From positions 96,001 to 160,000 of the forward strand of contig CBDCWP010000021.1 in assembly GCA_965223505.1 (NCBI GenBank): a stretch of 64,000 nt of DNA, given 5' to 3'. Made by a program: the position numbers and the translations under genes. Positions 38,323-49,289 of this stretch are shown here, piece by piece. Origin of the DNA: Planctomycetota bacterium (GTDB taxonomy: Bacteria; Planctomycetota; PLA2; JAEUHO01). The notes under the pieces were generated by a model. The model was not told where the DNA came from and searched no databases. It was given only the letters and a program-made list of their open reading frames with translations. Each line of letters begins with the position of its first letter. Position 1 is the first letter of the stretch.

Positions 38323-38361
38323 CTGCTCAGTCCAACGTCGGAGGGACGGCGCGCGTTCGCT

Positions 38362-40161
38362 TCATTTCTCGGACTTCGGGGTATTCGGCGGCGGCGCCGC
38401 CTGGCCGAGCTTCACGCGAAGCCTCTCCGTGCGGCCCTCGCGAACGTCGACATACGCGGATCCGGTGCGCGATCCGAAGGAAGCGCTGACACTGACGGTG
38501 CCGACCAGCCTGTGCAGCGTGCGGCGCCCGCGTGCGTCGGTGAACGGATCGACGCGTTGTTCGTCGCCGACGACATCGACCCACGGGAGATCGGGCGTCT
38601 GCTTGACGGTCAGCGTCGCGAAGGGAACGGGCCGGTCGTTCTCGTCCACGACCTCGACCTCGACGTTGCCGCCGCGCGGCCCCGTCCAGTCATGCCTCGT
38701 CTTCCGACCGACATCGATGGAGACCTTGCGGGTGAACACCGCGCCAGCGCCCCAGACCAGGACCTCGTGCTCCCCGGGAGCGAGATCCTGGACGAGCACG
38801 GTCCCGTTGCGCGAGAGCTTCAGATTGCGGCCCGCGACGTGGACGCGGGCGTCCTTGGCCGGCCGCCCGCTCGGACGACGAACGGTCAGCTCGAGGGCGC
38901 CCGTCGTCGGCGCCTCGTCCTTCGTGATCTGGAGCCGGCCGAGCGCGTTGAGCGCGAGCCGAAACGAGCCGTCAGACACGTGAATCACCGCGCGCTGGTG
39001 CTGACCGAGCGCGTTGGCGAGCACGATCTGCCGCTGGCTGACGTGTTGGATGTCCACGTTCAGCTTGGTCGCGAAGTAGACGAGCTTCCCGGCCTTCGCG
39101 AGCGAGGCGCGGATCACCGCCGGATCACGCGATGTCGCGGACAGTCGCACACTGCCGCTCACGTTGGACTTCCCCATGGCCCCGCTGACGGAAACGGTCT
39201 CGCCCGGCAGGTGCGGAATGCCGTCCAGATGAATGCGCCGGAAGGAGTCCATGTGTTTCGGCGGTGTGAAGCTTCGGCCCACGATCGTCGCCTGTGCGCT
39301 CCACGCGTCGGCCGAACGCGGTTCGTTCTCGGCGGGGAACAACACGGTGACCTCGGCCACGCGCCGCAGCGGATAGAACGCCCGAAGCCGCTTGACGCCC
39401 GGGGCGATCGAAACGGTCCACTTGCGACCGTCCCACGCGAGACCGTCACGAAATTCGGGAAGCGTCAGCTCGAGGATGGTCGAGTCTCCGGCGCCGACGG
39501 CGGCGACCCGACTTCCCGCAGCCGTCACGACGCCGTCGAACGCCGGCTTCACGGTCCAATCGTCGCAGGCGATTCGATCGCCCGTCTCGGCGTCGAGGCA
39601 GTCGAGCTCGATCGGAATGCCGCGCGGAAGCTGCAGCAGCGCGGTCGGTCCCTCGACGACGACGCTCGCCGCGTCCTGCTTGCCCATCGTCACGCGCCCA
39701 CGATCATCGGCGAACGTCACGACCAAGGTCGGTCCATTCGACACGGGTCGAACGGTCTTCGAGCCGTCCCACGGAAGATCGCGCAGCAGCGCCTTGCCGT
39801 CGGCGCCGGTCGTCTGCAACGCCACGCTCCATCGGGCAAGCTCGTTCTTCGGGTTGCTCTCCGCGGTCGTGAGCTCTACGCCGCTGAGCGGGACGCCGGT
39901 GGGCCCGATCACCGTGACCAGGACGTCGCCGCGACGATCGTCGCGCGCGCGCCGGCTGCCTGAGAGCGTGGGCTTCGGCGCGCTCGCGTCGGCAGGCGCC
40001 TCGCCGAGCAGCATCGCGCGCTCTTCTTCGGACGGCTCTTGGATCGCAAGCTCGGCGCCGGAGAGGTCGGCGTCGATCGGATCGTCGAGCAGCAGATACG
40101 CCGCCCCGCCGATGAGCAACAAAGCGAGCAGCAACCAGCCGTGGCGGGCACTTCGGCGCAC
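38362..40161 (-). CDS. Membrane-anchored beta-sandwich-repeat protein (paralogue family member 3)
   Basis: N-terminal TM; LPWDGS, GIPHLPGE, RPVPFA, WVDVVGDEQRVDPFTDARGRRT. Confidence 0.7.
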   Translation of the reverse strand: MRRSARHGWLLLALLLIGGAAYLLLDDPIDADLSGAELAIQEPSEEERAMLLGEAPADASAPKPTLSGSRRARDDRRGDVLVTVIGPTGVPLSGVELTTAESNPKNELARWSVALQTTGADGKALLRDLPWDGSKTVRPVSNGPTLVVTFADDRGRVTMGKQDAASVVVEGPTALLQLPRGIPIELDCLDAETGDRIACDDWTVKPAFDGVVTAAGSRVAAVGAGDSTILELTLPEFRDGLAWDGRKWTVSIAPGVKRLRAFYPLRRVAEVTVLFPAENEPRSADAWSAQATIVGRSFTPPKHMDSFRRIHLDGIPHLPGETVSVSGAMGKSNVSGSVRLSATSRDPAVIRASLAKAGKLVYFATKLNVDIQHVSQRQIVLANALGQHQRAVIHVSDGSFRLALNALGRLQITKDEAPTTGALELTVRRPSGRPAKDARVHVAGRNLKLSRNGTVLVQDLAPGEHEVLVWGAGAVFTRKVSIDVGRKTRHDWTGPRGGNVEVEVVDENDRPVPFATLTVKQTPDLPWVDVVGDEQRVDPFTDARGRRTLHRLVGTVSVSASFGSRTGSAYVDVREGRTERLRVKLGQAAPPPNTPKSEK

Positions 40162-40214
40162 CGCGTCCTCCCGGGGAACGGTTCAATCGTACCCACGATT
40201 CGCGGGGGGCTCGC

Positions 40215-40418
40215 CTAGGCCTTCGTCTTGCCTTTGCGCAGGTACTTCAGGCCCCGGATGAGGATCTGGAACAGCAGGAACACCGCGCCGAAGGTGAGCA
40301 GCTCGAGCCCCAGGTCCTCGAAGAGCTTCTCGTCGTCGCTCCAGATCCAGCGCGCCGCGACGTAGGCAACGACGGCGCTCGCGATGTCGATGATCCAGCC
40401 CTTGAGCTTCTGCCACAT
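40215..40418 (-). CDS. Small two-TM membrane protein (67 aa)
   Basis: MWQKLKGWIIDIASAVVAYVAARWIW...LLTFGAVFLLFQILI; GC-rich third codon positions. Confidence 0.6.
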   Translation of the reverse strand: MWQKLKGWIIDIASAVVAYVAARWIWSDDEKLFEDLGLELLTFGAVFLLFQILIRGLKYLRKGKTKA

Positions 40419-40488
40419 GCACGCCAATGTACGCCATCGGTGCGGCCTGGACACGCCGCTTCGGGCCGGTTCCCGTACAACATCGGCC

Positions 40489-42156
<1,668 letters not shown>

Positions 42157-42160
42157 TGCG

Positions 42161-42769
42161 ATGAAGCGAACGGCCGTCCTCGTCCTGTCGCTCTGCTGCT
42201 TCGCGGGCTGCGGGGACGAGAAGAGCGTCGACGACGTCCCGGACGCGCGCGCGTCGCTCGTCGCGTTCGCGCAGGCGATGGACGCCGGCGACTGGAAGAC
42301 GGCGCAAGGCTACATCGACCAGACGTCGGCGAACGGGCGCGAGTACGCGTCGCTGTTGCAGCAGGTCGCGGGGATGCTCGCCATGCGGCAAGCGGTCCTG
42401 GGGGAGGTCGAAAGGAAGTTCGGACGTTCGGCGCGCGATGCCGCGGCGCGCACGTTCCTGCTGCCGCGGGTCGGGGGCGTCGAGGGACCGTATGCGCAGA
42501 TCGTCCCGCCGGACGGGGTGACGGTCGACGAGGAGACCGCGGTTCCCGTGCCCGGGTTCACCGGCTTCGCGCAGCTCGTGCAACGCGGCGACCGCTACGT
42601 GCTGGATGTGAACGAGGCGCTGCGGGACGCGGCGGTGCACGACGCGCGGATCAAGATGCCGGACTACGTGCAGTCGGCGGCGCTCTTCGAGTACCGGCTC
42701 GAGCGCGCCGAGACGGCGGAGGCATTCATCGAGTCGTTGGGCGGCGACGCGCACGAAGAACCGAAGTAG
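42161..42769 (+). CDS. Hypothetical lipoprotein
   Basis: MKR, hydrophobic stretch, lipobox FAGC. Confidence 0.65.
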   Translation: MKRTAVLVLSLCCFAGCGDEKSVDDVPDARASLVAFAQAMDAGDWKTAQGYIDQTSANGREYASLLQQVAGMLAMRQAVLGEVERKFGRSARDAAARTFLLPRVGGVEGPYAQIVPPDGVTVDEETAVPVPGFTGFAQLVQRGDRYVLDVNEALRDAAVHDARIKMPDYVQSAALFEYRLERAETAEAFIESLGGDAHEEPK

Positions 42770-42894
42770 CGCGTATCCCCGAGGCCCCCTCGCGCGTTGC
42801 CCCCCCGGGCTTGGGGGGGCGAAAAAAGGGCTGCCGGACCGTCCGCGTCGATTCCGCGGGACAATCGCGCCCGAGGTTCGTCTGGATGGGTGCG

Positions 42895-43416
42895 ATGGCA
42901 ATGCCCCCCACTACGGAAGCGCTGGTCACCCGGGCCCGAGCCGGTGACGCCGAGAGCCGCGAGGCCCTGGCCCACGCGTGGCTGCCTTCCGTCTACGGCG
43001 TCGCGCTTGCCTGCACCGGCCGCGCAGGCGAAGCCGAAGACCTCGCCCAAGAGGCCTTCTCCCGCGCCTTCGGCAAGCTCGACACCCTGCGCGACCCCGC
43101 GCGCTTCGGCCCCTGGATCTGCCAGATCGTGCGCAACGCCGCGCGCGATCTCCGACGCAGGCCCACGCCGCCGGCCGCCCTCGGCGAAGCACAGGAGATG
43201 CTTCCCGACGATCGGCGCCACACCGCCGATGCGAGCGACGCGGTACGCGCGTGGCGCGGCCTGCCCGAAGACCAACGACTGGTCTGCTGGCTCAAAGTGA
43301 TGCAGGGCATGCCGTTTCGAGAGATCGCGAACCTCACGGGCACGTCCAAGAGCGCCGTCTACCGGCTCTACGGAAAGGGACTCGCCCGCCTCCGAGAGGA
43401 GATGTCGACATGTTGA
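42895..43416 (+). CDS. ECF sigma-70 factor
   Basis: LVTRARAGD, EAEDLAQEAF, LRDPARFGPW, region 4 EIA..TGTSKSAV; start could be 42886, 42895 or 42901. Confidence 0.88.
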   Translation: MAMPPTTEALVTRARAGDAESREALAHAWLPSVYGVALACTGRAGEAEDLAQEAFSRAFGKLDTLRDPARFGPWICQIVRNAARDLRRRPTPPAALGEAQEMLPDDRRHTADASDAVRAWRGLPEDQRLVCWLKVMQGMPFREIANLTGTSKSAVYRLYGKGLARLREEMSTC

Positions 43417-45707
43417 CCTGCAACGACGTCCAAGGCGCGCTGCCCGGCATCGTCGCCGGCGAGCGCGACACCGAAGCGCTGCGCGAACACGTCGCCGCGT
43501 GCGACGACTGCCGCACGGAGCGCGACCGGCTCGCCACCGAGCTCGGGAGCCTGCGCGAAGAGCTCGCCGCGCTCACACCGTCCCCGTTTCTAGAGAACGC
43601 CGTTCTCCAGACCGCGCGTGAAACCGAGATCGAAACGCGGAGACCTCGGATCTCGCGGCGCACCTGGATGCAGGTCGGCATCGGCATCGCCGCCGCCGCG
43701 CTCCTGTTCGTTCTGCGACCGGGCGTGGACGACGAACCGACGACCGAGCCTGCGCCCGAGCGACACGCGATCGGAGACGGGTCGCCTCGCGTCTGGACAC
43801 CGCCTTCCGCACGTCAGGTGGCCGACGCGCGCGCCAAGAACGTCGTGGATCTGAGCGTCATCGACGCGTCGACCCACTTCCCCGGCATGCTGCACAAGCC
43901 GGACGCGCCCGGGAGCCGCGACAAGGTGATCAGCGAGACGTTCCTGCCGATCGACGAGCGGCTGCACCACAGGTGGGTGTACGGCGACGGCGCAGCCCTT
44001 CCCGGCCGCAGAAAGTTCCAGGTCTACAGCCAACCCCGGCCCGGCGTCATGCTCGTCGGCAACGGCTTGCTGCGGGAGATGGACGACGCCGTCGTGCACG
44101 GCGCCGTCGACGTCATCGTCAACGGAAAGCACTGGCGCAGCACGCCGGGGTCCGCCGAAGCCGAGCTCACCCTCGGCGCTCCGGACGAACACGGCGCGCG
44201 CGCGCAGGTGCGCGTCCTCGTCAGCACCGCCTACAGCGGGACGATCCTGATCGAGGACACGCTCGCTCGCGCGCTGGGGCTCCATCAGTTCGAGATCCCC
44301 GGTGGGTTCGAGACCTCGGGCACGGGCACGATCGAAGGCCAGCGCGCACGCGCACGCGTGCAGATCCCCGAGCTCGACTTCGACAAGGTCGTCGAGGTAC
44401 AGGTGCGCAAACCGATCGAGCGCGCAAGCAAGGCACCGGCGGCGTCGATCAGCGAGCTCCACTTCGAGCGCACCGTCCCGCAGTCGATCACCGTCGGCTC
44501 GGCGATGACGTTCGAGCAGAGCAAGCTGAAGGTCCACGGCAACGTGCGCGGCGCGCGCAGCGCCGACGCCGACCGCCGGTTCCAATTCCCGACGTCGTCG
44601 GGGCCGTTGGCCGTCGCGATGCACTTCGCGCCGGGCCGCAGCGACAAAGAATACGTCCCGATGGTCGCCGAGAAACCGCCGGCCACGGGGCAACAGGCCA
44701 CCGTGATCGCGGGCACGTACGACATCGGCGCGCCCGACGCTCTCGCCCGCAAGTTCTGGGTGAACTACGTCACGCTCGGCAGCAAGGACGAACCGCATGC
44801 CCGCGTGATCATCTCGCGCGTGTGGCGCGGCGCTACGGCGATCCCTTCACGCGAAGGCGTCGTGGTCACCAACGTCGCCGCCGACGGCACGATCACCTTT
44901 CCGCGCATGGCCGGCGAACGCGGCGCGAAGCTGCGCATGCTGGTCACGCGCAAGGACGGGGTCTCGACGTTCCACGACGTGATCGTCAACAAGCAGGAGC
45001 TGACGAACCCGCCGCAGGCCGTGCTCATCCAGGCCGACGGCACCGTGAGCTTCAAGGGGTTCCAGTTCCGCATCGACGACGAGCTGACGCCCCAGCAGAA
45101 CGCGCTCGCGCTCGAAGCGTTCCTGAAGGAGCTTCGAAAGGTCGCGGATACAGAGGGCGCGCGGGACGCCCAAGGGCTGTCGCGCTACGAGCTGCGGATC
45201 GTCGCGGAGCCCGGCGTGCGCTGGCGCGTCGTGCAGTACGTCATGCAGACCGCGGCGCACCCCTCGGTCAAGATCCACAAGATCCGGTTCGGCGACACGC
45301 CCTACGAGCTGCCGAAGGACAAGGGCCTCGCGGACGAACCCTTCAACAAGTCGATCAACAAGATCAAGGCCAAGGTGTTCTTGAAAGAGGATCAGTACGG
45401 GCAGCGCGTCCGGATCCAGATCGACGGCGGCATGGCGCTCGAGACGCCGGCCGTGAAGGACGGTCCGGCTCAGCTCGACGAGAAACACGCCGGCTATCTG
45501 AAGAACGGCATCGTCGTCCTGAAACGCGAGATCGACAGCAAGGGCGAGAGTCTTCCGCTGATCGGCGAGGTCTCCGCGCCGCCCCCGAACGGCGGCAAGA
45601 TCCCGTACGCCGTCATTCGACGGATCTACCAGGCGTTCCTCGACGCCGGCGTGACGCGCGTTCAGTTCGAGGGGGCGGCGTCACCGAGGAACGCGCCGCC
45701 GCGATAG
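43410..45707 (+). CDS. Zinc-finger (ZAS/zf-HC2) anti-sigma factor with long extracytoplasmic region containing ExbD-like domains
   Basis: ATG overlaps the sigma gene 3' end after GAGGAG; MLTC...HVAACDDC; TM helix; C-terminal ExbD-like segments. Confidence 0.75.
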   Translation: MLTCNDVQGALPGIVAGERDTEALREHVAACDDCRTERDRLATELGSLREELAALTPSPFLENAVLQTARETEIETRRPRISRRTWMQVGIGIAAAALLFVLRPGVDDEPTTEPAPERHAIGDGSPRVWTPPSARQVADARAKNVVDLSVIDASTHFPGMLHKPDAPGSRDKVISETFLPIDERLHHRWVYGDGAALPGRRKFQVYSQPRPGVMLVGNGLLREMDDAVVHGAVDVIVNGKHWRSTPGSAEAELTLGAPDEHGARAQVRVLVSTAYSGTILIEDTLARALGLHQFEIPGGFETSGTGTIEGQRARARVQIPELDFDKVVEVQVRKPIERASKAPAASISELHFERTVPQSITVGSAMTFEQSKLKVHGNVRGARSADADRRFQFPTSSGPLAVAMHFAPGRSDKEYVPMVAEKPPATGQQATVIAGTYDIGAPDALARKFWVNYVTLGSKDEPHARVIISRVWRGATAIPSREGVVVTNVAADGTITFPRMAGERGAKLRMLVTRKDGVSTFHDVIVNKQELTNPPQAVLIQADGTVSFKGFQFRIDDELTPQQNALALEAFLKELRKVADTEGARDAQGLSRYELRIVAEPGVRWRVVQYVMQTAAHPSVKIHKIRFGDTPYELPKDKGLADEPFNKSINKIKAKVFLKEDQYGQRVRIQIDGGMALETPAVKDGPAQLDEKHAGYLKNGIVVLKREIDSKGESLPLIGEVSAPPPNGGKIPYAVIRRIYQAFLDAGVTRVQFEGAASPRNAPPR

Positions 45708-45719
45708 TCGGGGGAGCGT

Positions 45720-47864
45720 CTACCGGACGTCCACCCGCACCGCGGCTTGCGGCCGCAGCTCGACGGCGAGCTTCGCCTTCGCCTTCGCGCCGGGTACGCG
45801 CAGCCGTACGTGCGGCGGAACGTCGGTGCGGAACCAACCCTCGTACCGAACGGCGATCCCACGCGCCATCTTCACGACGTGCGTGCGGTGCAAGATCGTT
45901 CGCGGCTTCTCGTGGCCGGGAAGCACGACCGTCCCGTCGTGCTCCGCGACGATCGACATCGGTGCGACGCGGCCCTTCGGCAGCACGACGACGACCTCGG
46001 TCTTGCCGTCCACCGGCACGACGATCTCCGCCTTGCGGCACGTATCGGGCACAAGGTCGCCGGAGGTCGTCACCAGGCCTTCCGACAGGATGATGCGCGA
46101 GTGCGTGCGGGTCCGCGAAGGGATGAACTCGATCACGCCCTCGTCGTCCGTCACGAGCTCTTGCGACACCGTGCGCGCGTGATCCGCGGGCAACAGGTCA
46201 CCGACCGGGACGAGCTTCACGCCCAGGTTCGGGAATGGGCGTCCGGCGCCGTCTACGAAGCGCAGCTCGGTCCAGGTCGAGCGATGCTTCCAGCTCGGAG
46301 GGGCAACGCCGGGGCGCTCGTCGCCGGTCAGTGACTTCAGGAATTCCGTCAGGTCCGCGATGTCGCGCGGCGAGACGAAGAAGGGCTTGATCCGCCGGTC
46401 CTGCAGCGGGTCCTCGCTGCCGCCGGTGGCGTAGTGGAAGATCACCTGCTCGAACGTCTCGAACGCGCCGTTGTGCATGTACGGACCGCGCCGCGTCAGG
46501 TCGCGCAACGTCGGCGTCTTGAACGCGCGACGGTGCTTCGCCTTGGTGCTGAACGGGTGCCGGCCGGGGTCGAGCGCCTCGATCTGCTCGGCGGTGAGCG
46601 CCTTCGCGCGCGCCGCGGTGCCGAGCTCCTTCCAGGCGACGCCGGTGTTGTGAAAGTCGAAGTCGGTGAACGCGGCGCGTTGCCGACGCGTTCCGGGCGT
46701 GTGGCATTGCGCGCAGCCGGCGCGGCCTTCGAAGAGCGCGAGTCCGCGCCGCGCCGCCGGCGAGAGCGCGGCCTTGTCACCCTTGACGAAGCGGTCGTAC
46801 GGCGACTCGGTGCTCTCGAGCGACAGGCAGTACGCCGCGATCGCGCGCGCGATGCGAGCCGACGACACGGACGTGCTGCCGAACACGGCGCGGAACGCCT
46901 CGCGATACCGGCCGCCGTCCTCGAGACGGTCGGATACGCGCGGCAACTTCAACAGATCCGCCAGCACCTTGGCGCGCAGCTGGTCCTCGTCGAGCTCACG
47001 GGAGTCCCCGTCGCTCGTATCCGGCGCCGGCGCGCTCGACGCCGTGGTCGGCGACGGCGAAGACGCCTCCGCCTCGCCGGAGGCCGTGCCGCCGTCCGAC
47101 GACGCCGTGGACGCCGTGGACGCCGAAGCATCGGCGCCGTCCGCGCTCGGACTCTCCGCGGGATCCGCGGCGGGCCGCGAGCCGGGCGAGACCGCGCCGA
47201 CGGGGTTGTCGAAGTAGCCGCTTCGACGCGAGTCGTCGTTGGCGCCTTCGCGCTCGGGGGTGTCGCCCTCGCCCGGCACGTCCTCGGGCGGTTCGTCGGT
47301 CGGATGCTCGTCGGTCGATGCCGGCGCGTCCGCGCCGTCTTCGACCGGCGCGGGAACGCGCTCGCCCGGCGCACCGGAATCCGCGCTCGCGGGCGCCCCC
47401 GGCGCGCGGCTGCCGGACGCGCCGCGCGGGCCTCCGCCGGGCACGGCGAAGTCCGTGATCACGGAGCCGTGGCCCTGCAGCCCCTTGCGTCCGGAGAGTT
47501 CGCCGATGCGAGCGTGCACGAGCTCCTCGATCGTCTCGAACTCGCCGTCCCAATGCGCCGACGGGTTCAGGTGACTGTCGATGATCGTCTGGCTGTGTCG
47601 GCGCGTGACGCCGACGTCGTCTTCGCTGCGAACCGCCGGATCGGAGAACCCGAACTCGGGGTCGTGGCACGAGGCACAGGAGCGCTCGCCTGAACGACTC
47701 ACGAGCGGGTCGAAGAAGAGCCGTCTTCCGAGCTCGACCAAGGCCTGCTCCTTTCCGTTGCGCTTCGACTTCGCGCCGCCGCCGGCTTCGACCGCCGGCA
47801 GCACGACGAACGCGAGCATGCAGATGAGGAAGAACGGAACGGCCATCAACCAACGTGAAGACAT
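45720..47864 (-). CDS. Second di-haem cytochrome c peroxidase / MauG-family protein, paralogue of 3672-5525
   Basis: GRRLFFDP, CASCH, HWDG, CAQCH, GPYMHNG; same C-terminal domain; long acidic Ala/Ser/Pro insert. Confidence 0.88.
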   Translation of the reverse strand: MSSRWLMAVPFFLICMLAFVVLPAVEAGGGAKSKRNGKEQALVELGRRLFFDPLVSRSGERSCASCHDPEFGFSDPAVRSEDDVGVTRRHSQTIIDSHLNPSAHWDGEFETIEELVHARIGELSGRKGLQGHGSVITDFAVPGGGPRGASGSRAPGAPASADSGAPGERVPAPVEDGADAPASTDEHPTDEPPEDVPGEGDTPEREGANDDSRRSGYFDNPVGAVSPGSRPAADPAESPSADGADASASTASTASSDGGTASGEAEASSPSPTTASSAPAPDTSDGDSRELDEDQLRAKVLADLLKLPRVSDRLEDGGRYREAFRAVFGSTSVSSARIARAIAAYCLSLESTESPYDRFVKGDKAALSPAARRGLALFEGRAGCAQCHTPGTRRQRAAFTDFDFHNTGVAWKELGTAARAKALTAEQIEALDPGRHPFSTKAKHRRAFKTPTLRDLTRRGPYMHNGAFETFEQVIFHYATGGSEDPLQDRRIKPFFVSPRDIADLTEFLKSLTGDERPGVAPPSWKHRSTWTELRFVDGAGRPFPNLGVKLVPVGDLLPADHARTVSQELVTDDEGVIEFIPSRTRTHSRIILSEGLVTTSGDLVPDTCRKAEIVVPVDGKTEVVVVLPKGRVAPMSIVAEHDGTVVLPGHEKPRTILHRTHVVKMARGIAVRYEGWFRTDVPPHVRLRVPGAKAKAKLAVELRPQAAVRVDVR

Positions 47865-48019
47865 CGGCGACTCCTACTCTCACGAAGCCAACGAAACGCC
47901 GCGAACGCGCGCGGCACAGCCACACATCGATCAGCAAACTCGATGCCGGTTCGATTTACCGACACATGCCCGAGTTTCGGTCCCTAGTGGGTCTCGAAAC
48001 GTAAAACGTAAAACGCTTC

Positions 48020-49120
48020 TTACGCGTTCGACGCGTCGAGCGACGTAGCGAGCATGCGATGAAAGTGATGCACGCCGCGTTCGTGCTTCGGCGCGTAGCG
48101 TCCACGTCGATAGAGGCGCGATTGCATTCCCGACTGACACGCTTCGACGATCGCTTCGTCTTCGAGCTCGACGCGATGCAGATCGGCGCCCGCACCGTCG
48201 TCGAGCTTCGACTCGTCGCGCACGAACGCAAGAAACGATACACGTGTGTGTCGCGCCGATAACGGTGCGACGACGTTCACGTTGACGCCCCAGGAATAGA
48301 CGTTCAGCATGAGATTCGGGAACAACCAGAAGTAATAGGCGGCGACGTGCTTGTCTCGCTCCGGTGCGTCGGCCGGTAGCTCGAGCGTCGCATCTGCCGA
48401 CGAAGCGATGCCGATCTGAACGCTGCCGTATCGTTCGAGCTTCACTTCGTACGATCCGAAGTCGAGCGCAGCATTCAACCCTGCATGCACGAACGGGATG
48501 TGCAGTCCCTCGAGGTAGTTGTCGACGTAGAGCGCCCAATTGGCGGCGACCTCGTAGGTGCGAGAACGCCCCTCGTCGAACGTCAGACCGTCGTCGAGCG
48601 CCCATCCGACGCGCGAGCGAACGCCTCCGATCCAGTCCTCGAACGAACACACGGGATCGAGCGCGGCGAAGAGGAGCGGACCGAGGGTGCCGTGGGCGAC
48701 GGCGGGCAGGTCGTCTTCCGGCCCTGGGAAGTCCTCGGCGCCGTCGAAGCCCGGCGCCGAACGCAGCCGGCCGTCCAGCTCGAACGTTCGCCCGTGGTAG
48801 TCGCAGCGCAGATGCCGCGCGCGGCAGGGCGCGCGCAAGACGCGATTGCCACGATGCGTGCAGACGTTCGACAGCACCCGAACACCGCCGTCGGCGCCGC
48901 GGGTCAGGACCAGCGGCTCGTCGAGGCATCCCGCGAGGAGGAAGAGCGGATGCGCGCTGTCCGACGCCGGAAGCAGGTCGTCACCGTGCCCCAGGACCTG
49001 CCAACTTCGAGCGAACACCCGCTCGCGCACCTGAGCGTGGAATGCCTCGTCGGTGTAGCACCAGGATGGAAGCGTGCGCGCGCGGTGGATGTCCGGGTCG
49101 ACGTCGAGCGGTTCCTTCAT
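48020..49120 (-). CDS. Rieske non-haem iron oxygenase alpha subunit (choline monooxygenase-like)
   Basis: NVCTHRG...CDYHG Rieske motif; DNYLEGLHIPFVH and EDEAIVE mononuclear-Fe motifs. Confidence 0.9.
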   Translation of the reverse strand: MKEPLDVDPDIHRARTLPSWCYTDEAFHAQVRERVFARSWQVLGHGDDLLPASDSAHPLFLLAGCLDEPLVLTRGADGGVRVLSNVCTHRGNRVLRAPCRARHLRCDYHGRTFELDGRLRSAPGFDGAEDFPGPEDDLPAVAHGTLGPLLFAALDPVCSFEDWIGGVRSRVGWALDDGLTFDEGRSRTYEVAANWALYVDNYLEGLHIPFVHAGLNAALDFGSYEVKLERYGSVQIGIASSADATLELPADAPERDKHVAAYYFWLFPNLMLNVYSWGVNVNVVAPLSARHTRVSFLAFVRDESKLDDGAGADLHRVELEDEAIVEACQSGMQSRLYRRGRYAPKHERGVHHFHRMLATSLDASNA

Positions 49121-49289
49121 CGAGGCCGGCCACTGTATGCGCTGCGGCGCGGCGGGAAATCCCTAGAAATGGAGGTTTCACGCGCCGGTCGGACAACGCG
49201 GCGGGCCGGGGCGCGCCAGGCCGCCCGAAATGGAGCCGACGGCCCGCTCCGGCCTGAATTCGGGCCCTGGGAATGGTCGAAAGGGTGGC

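Noticed and set aside
42797..42827. G/C hairpin as an intrinsic terminator
   Set aside because: Followed by an A-tract on the plus strand, and the U-tract precedes the stem on the minus strand, so it is non-canonical in both directions.
47930..47990. c-di-GMP-I riboswitch (GCAAAC seen)
   Set aside because: The GNRA tetraloop and downstream GACGCAAAG consensus are missing, and the motif is antisense to the downstream gene.
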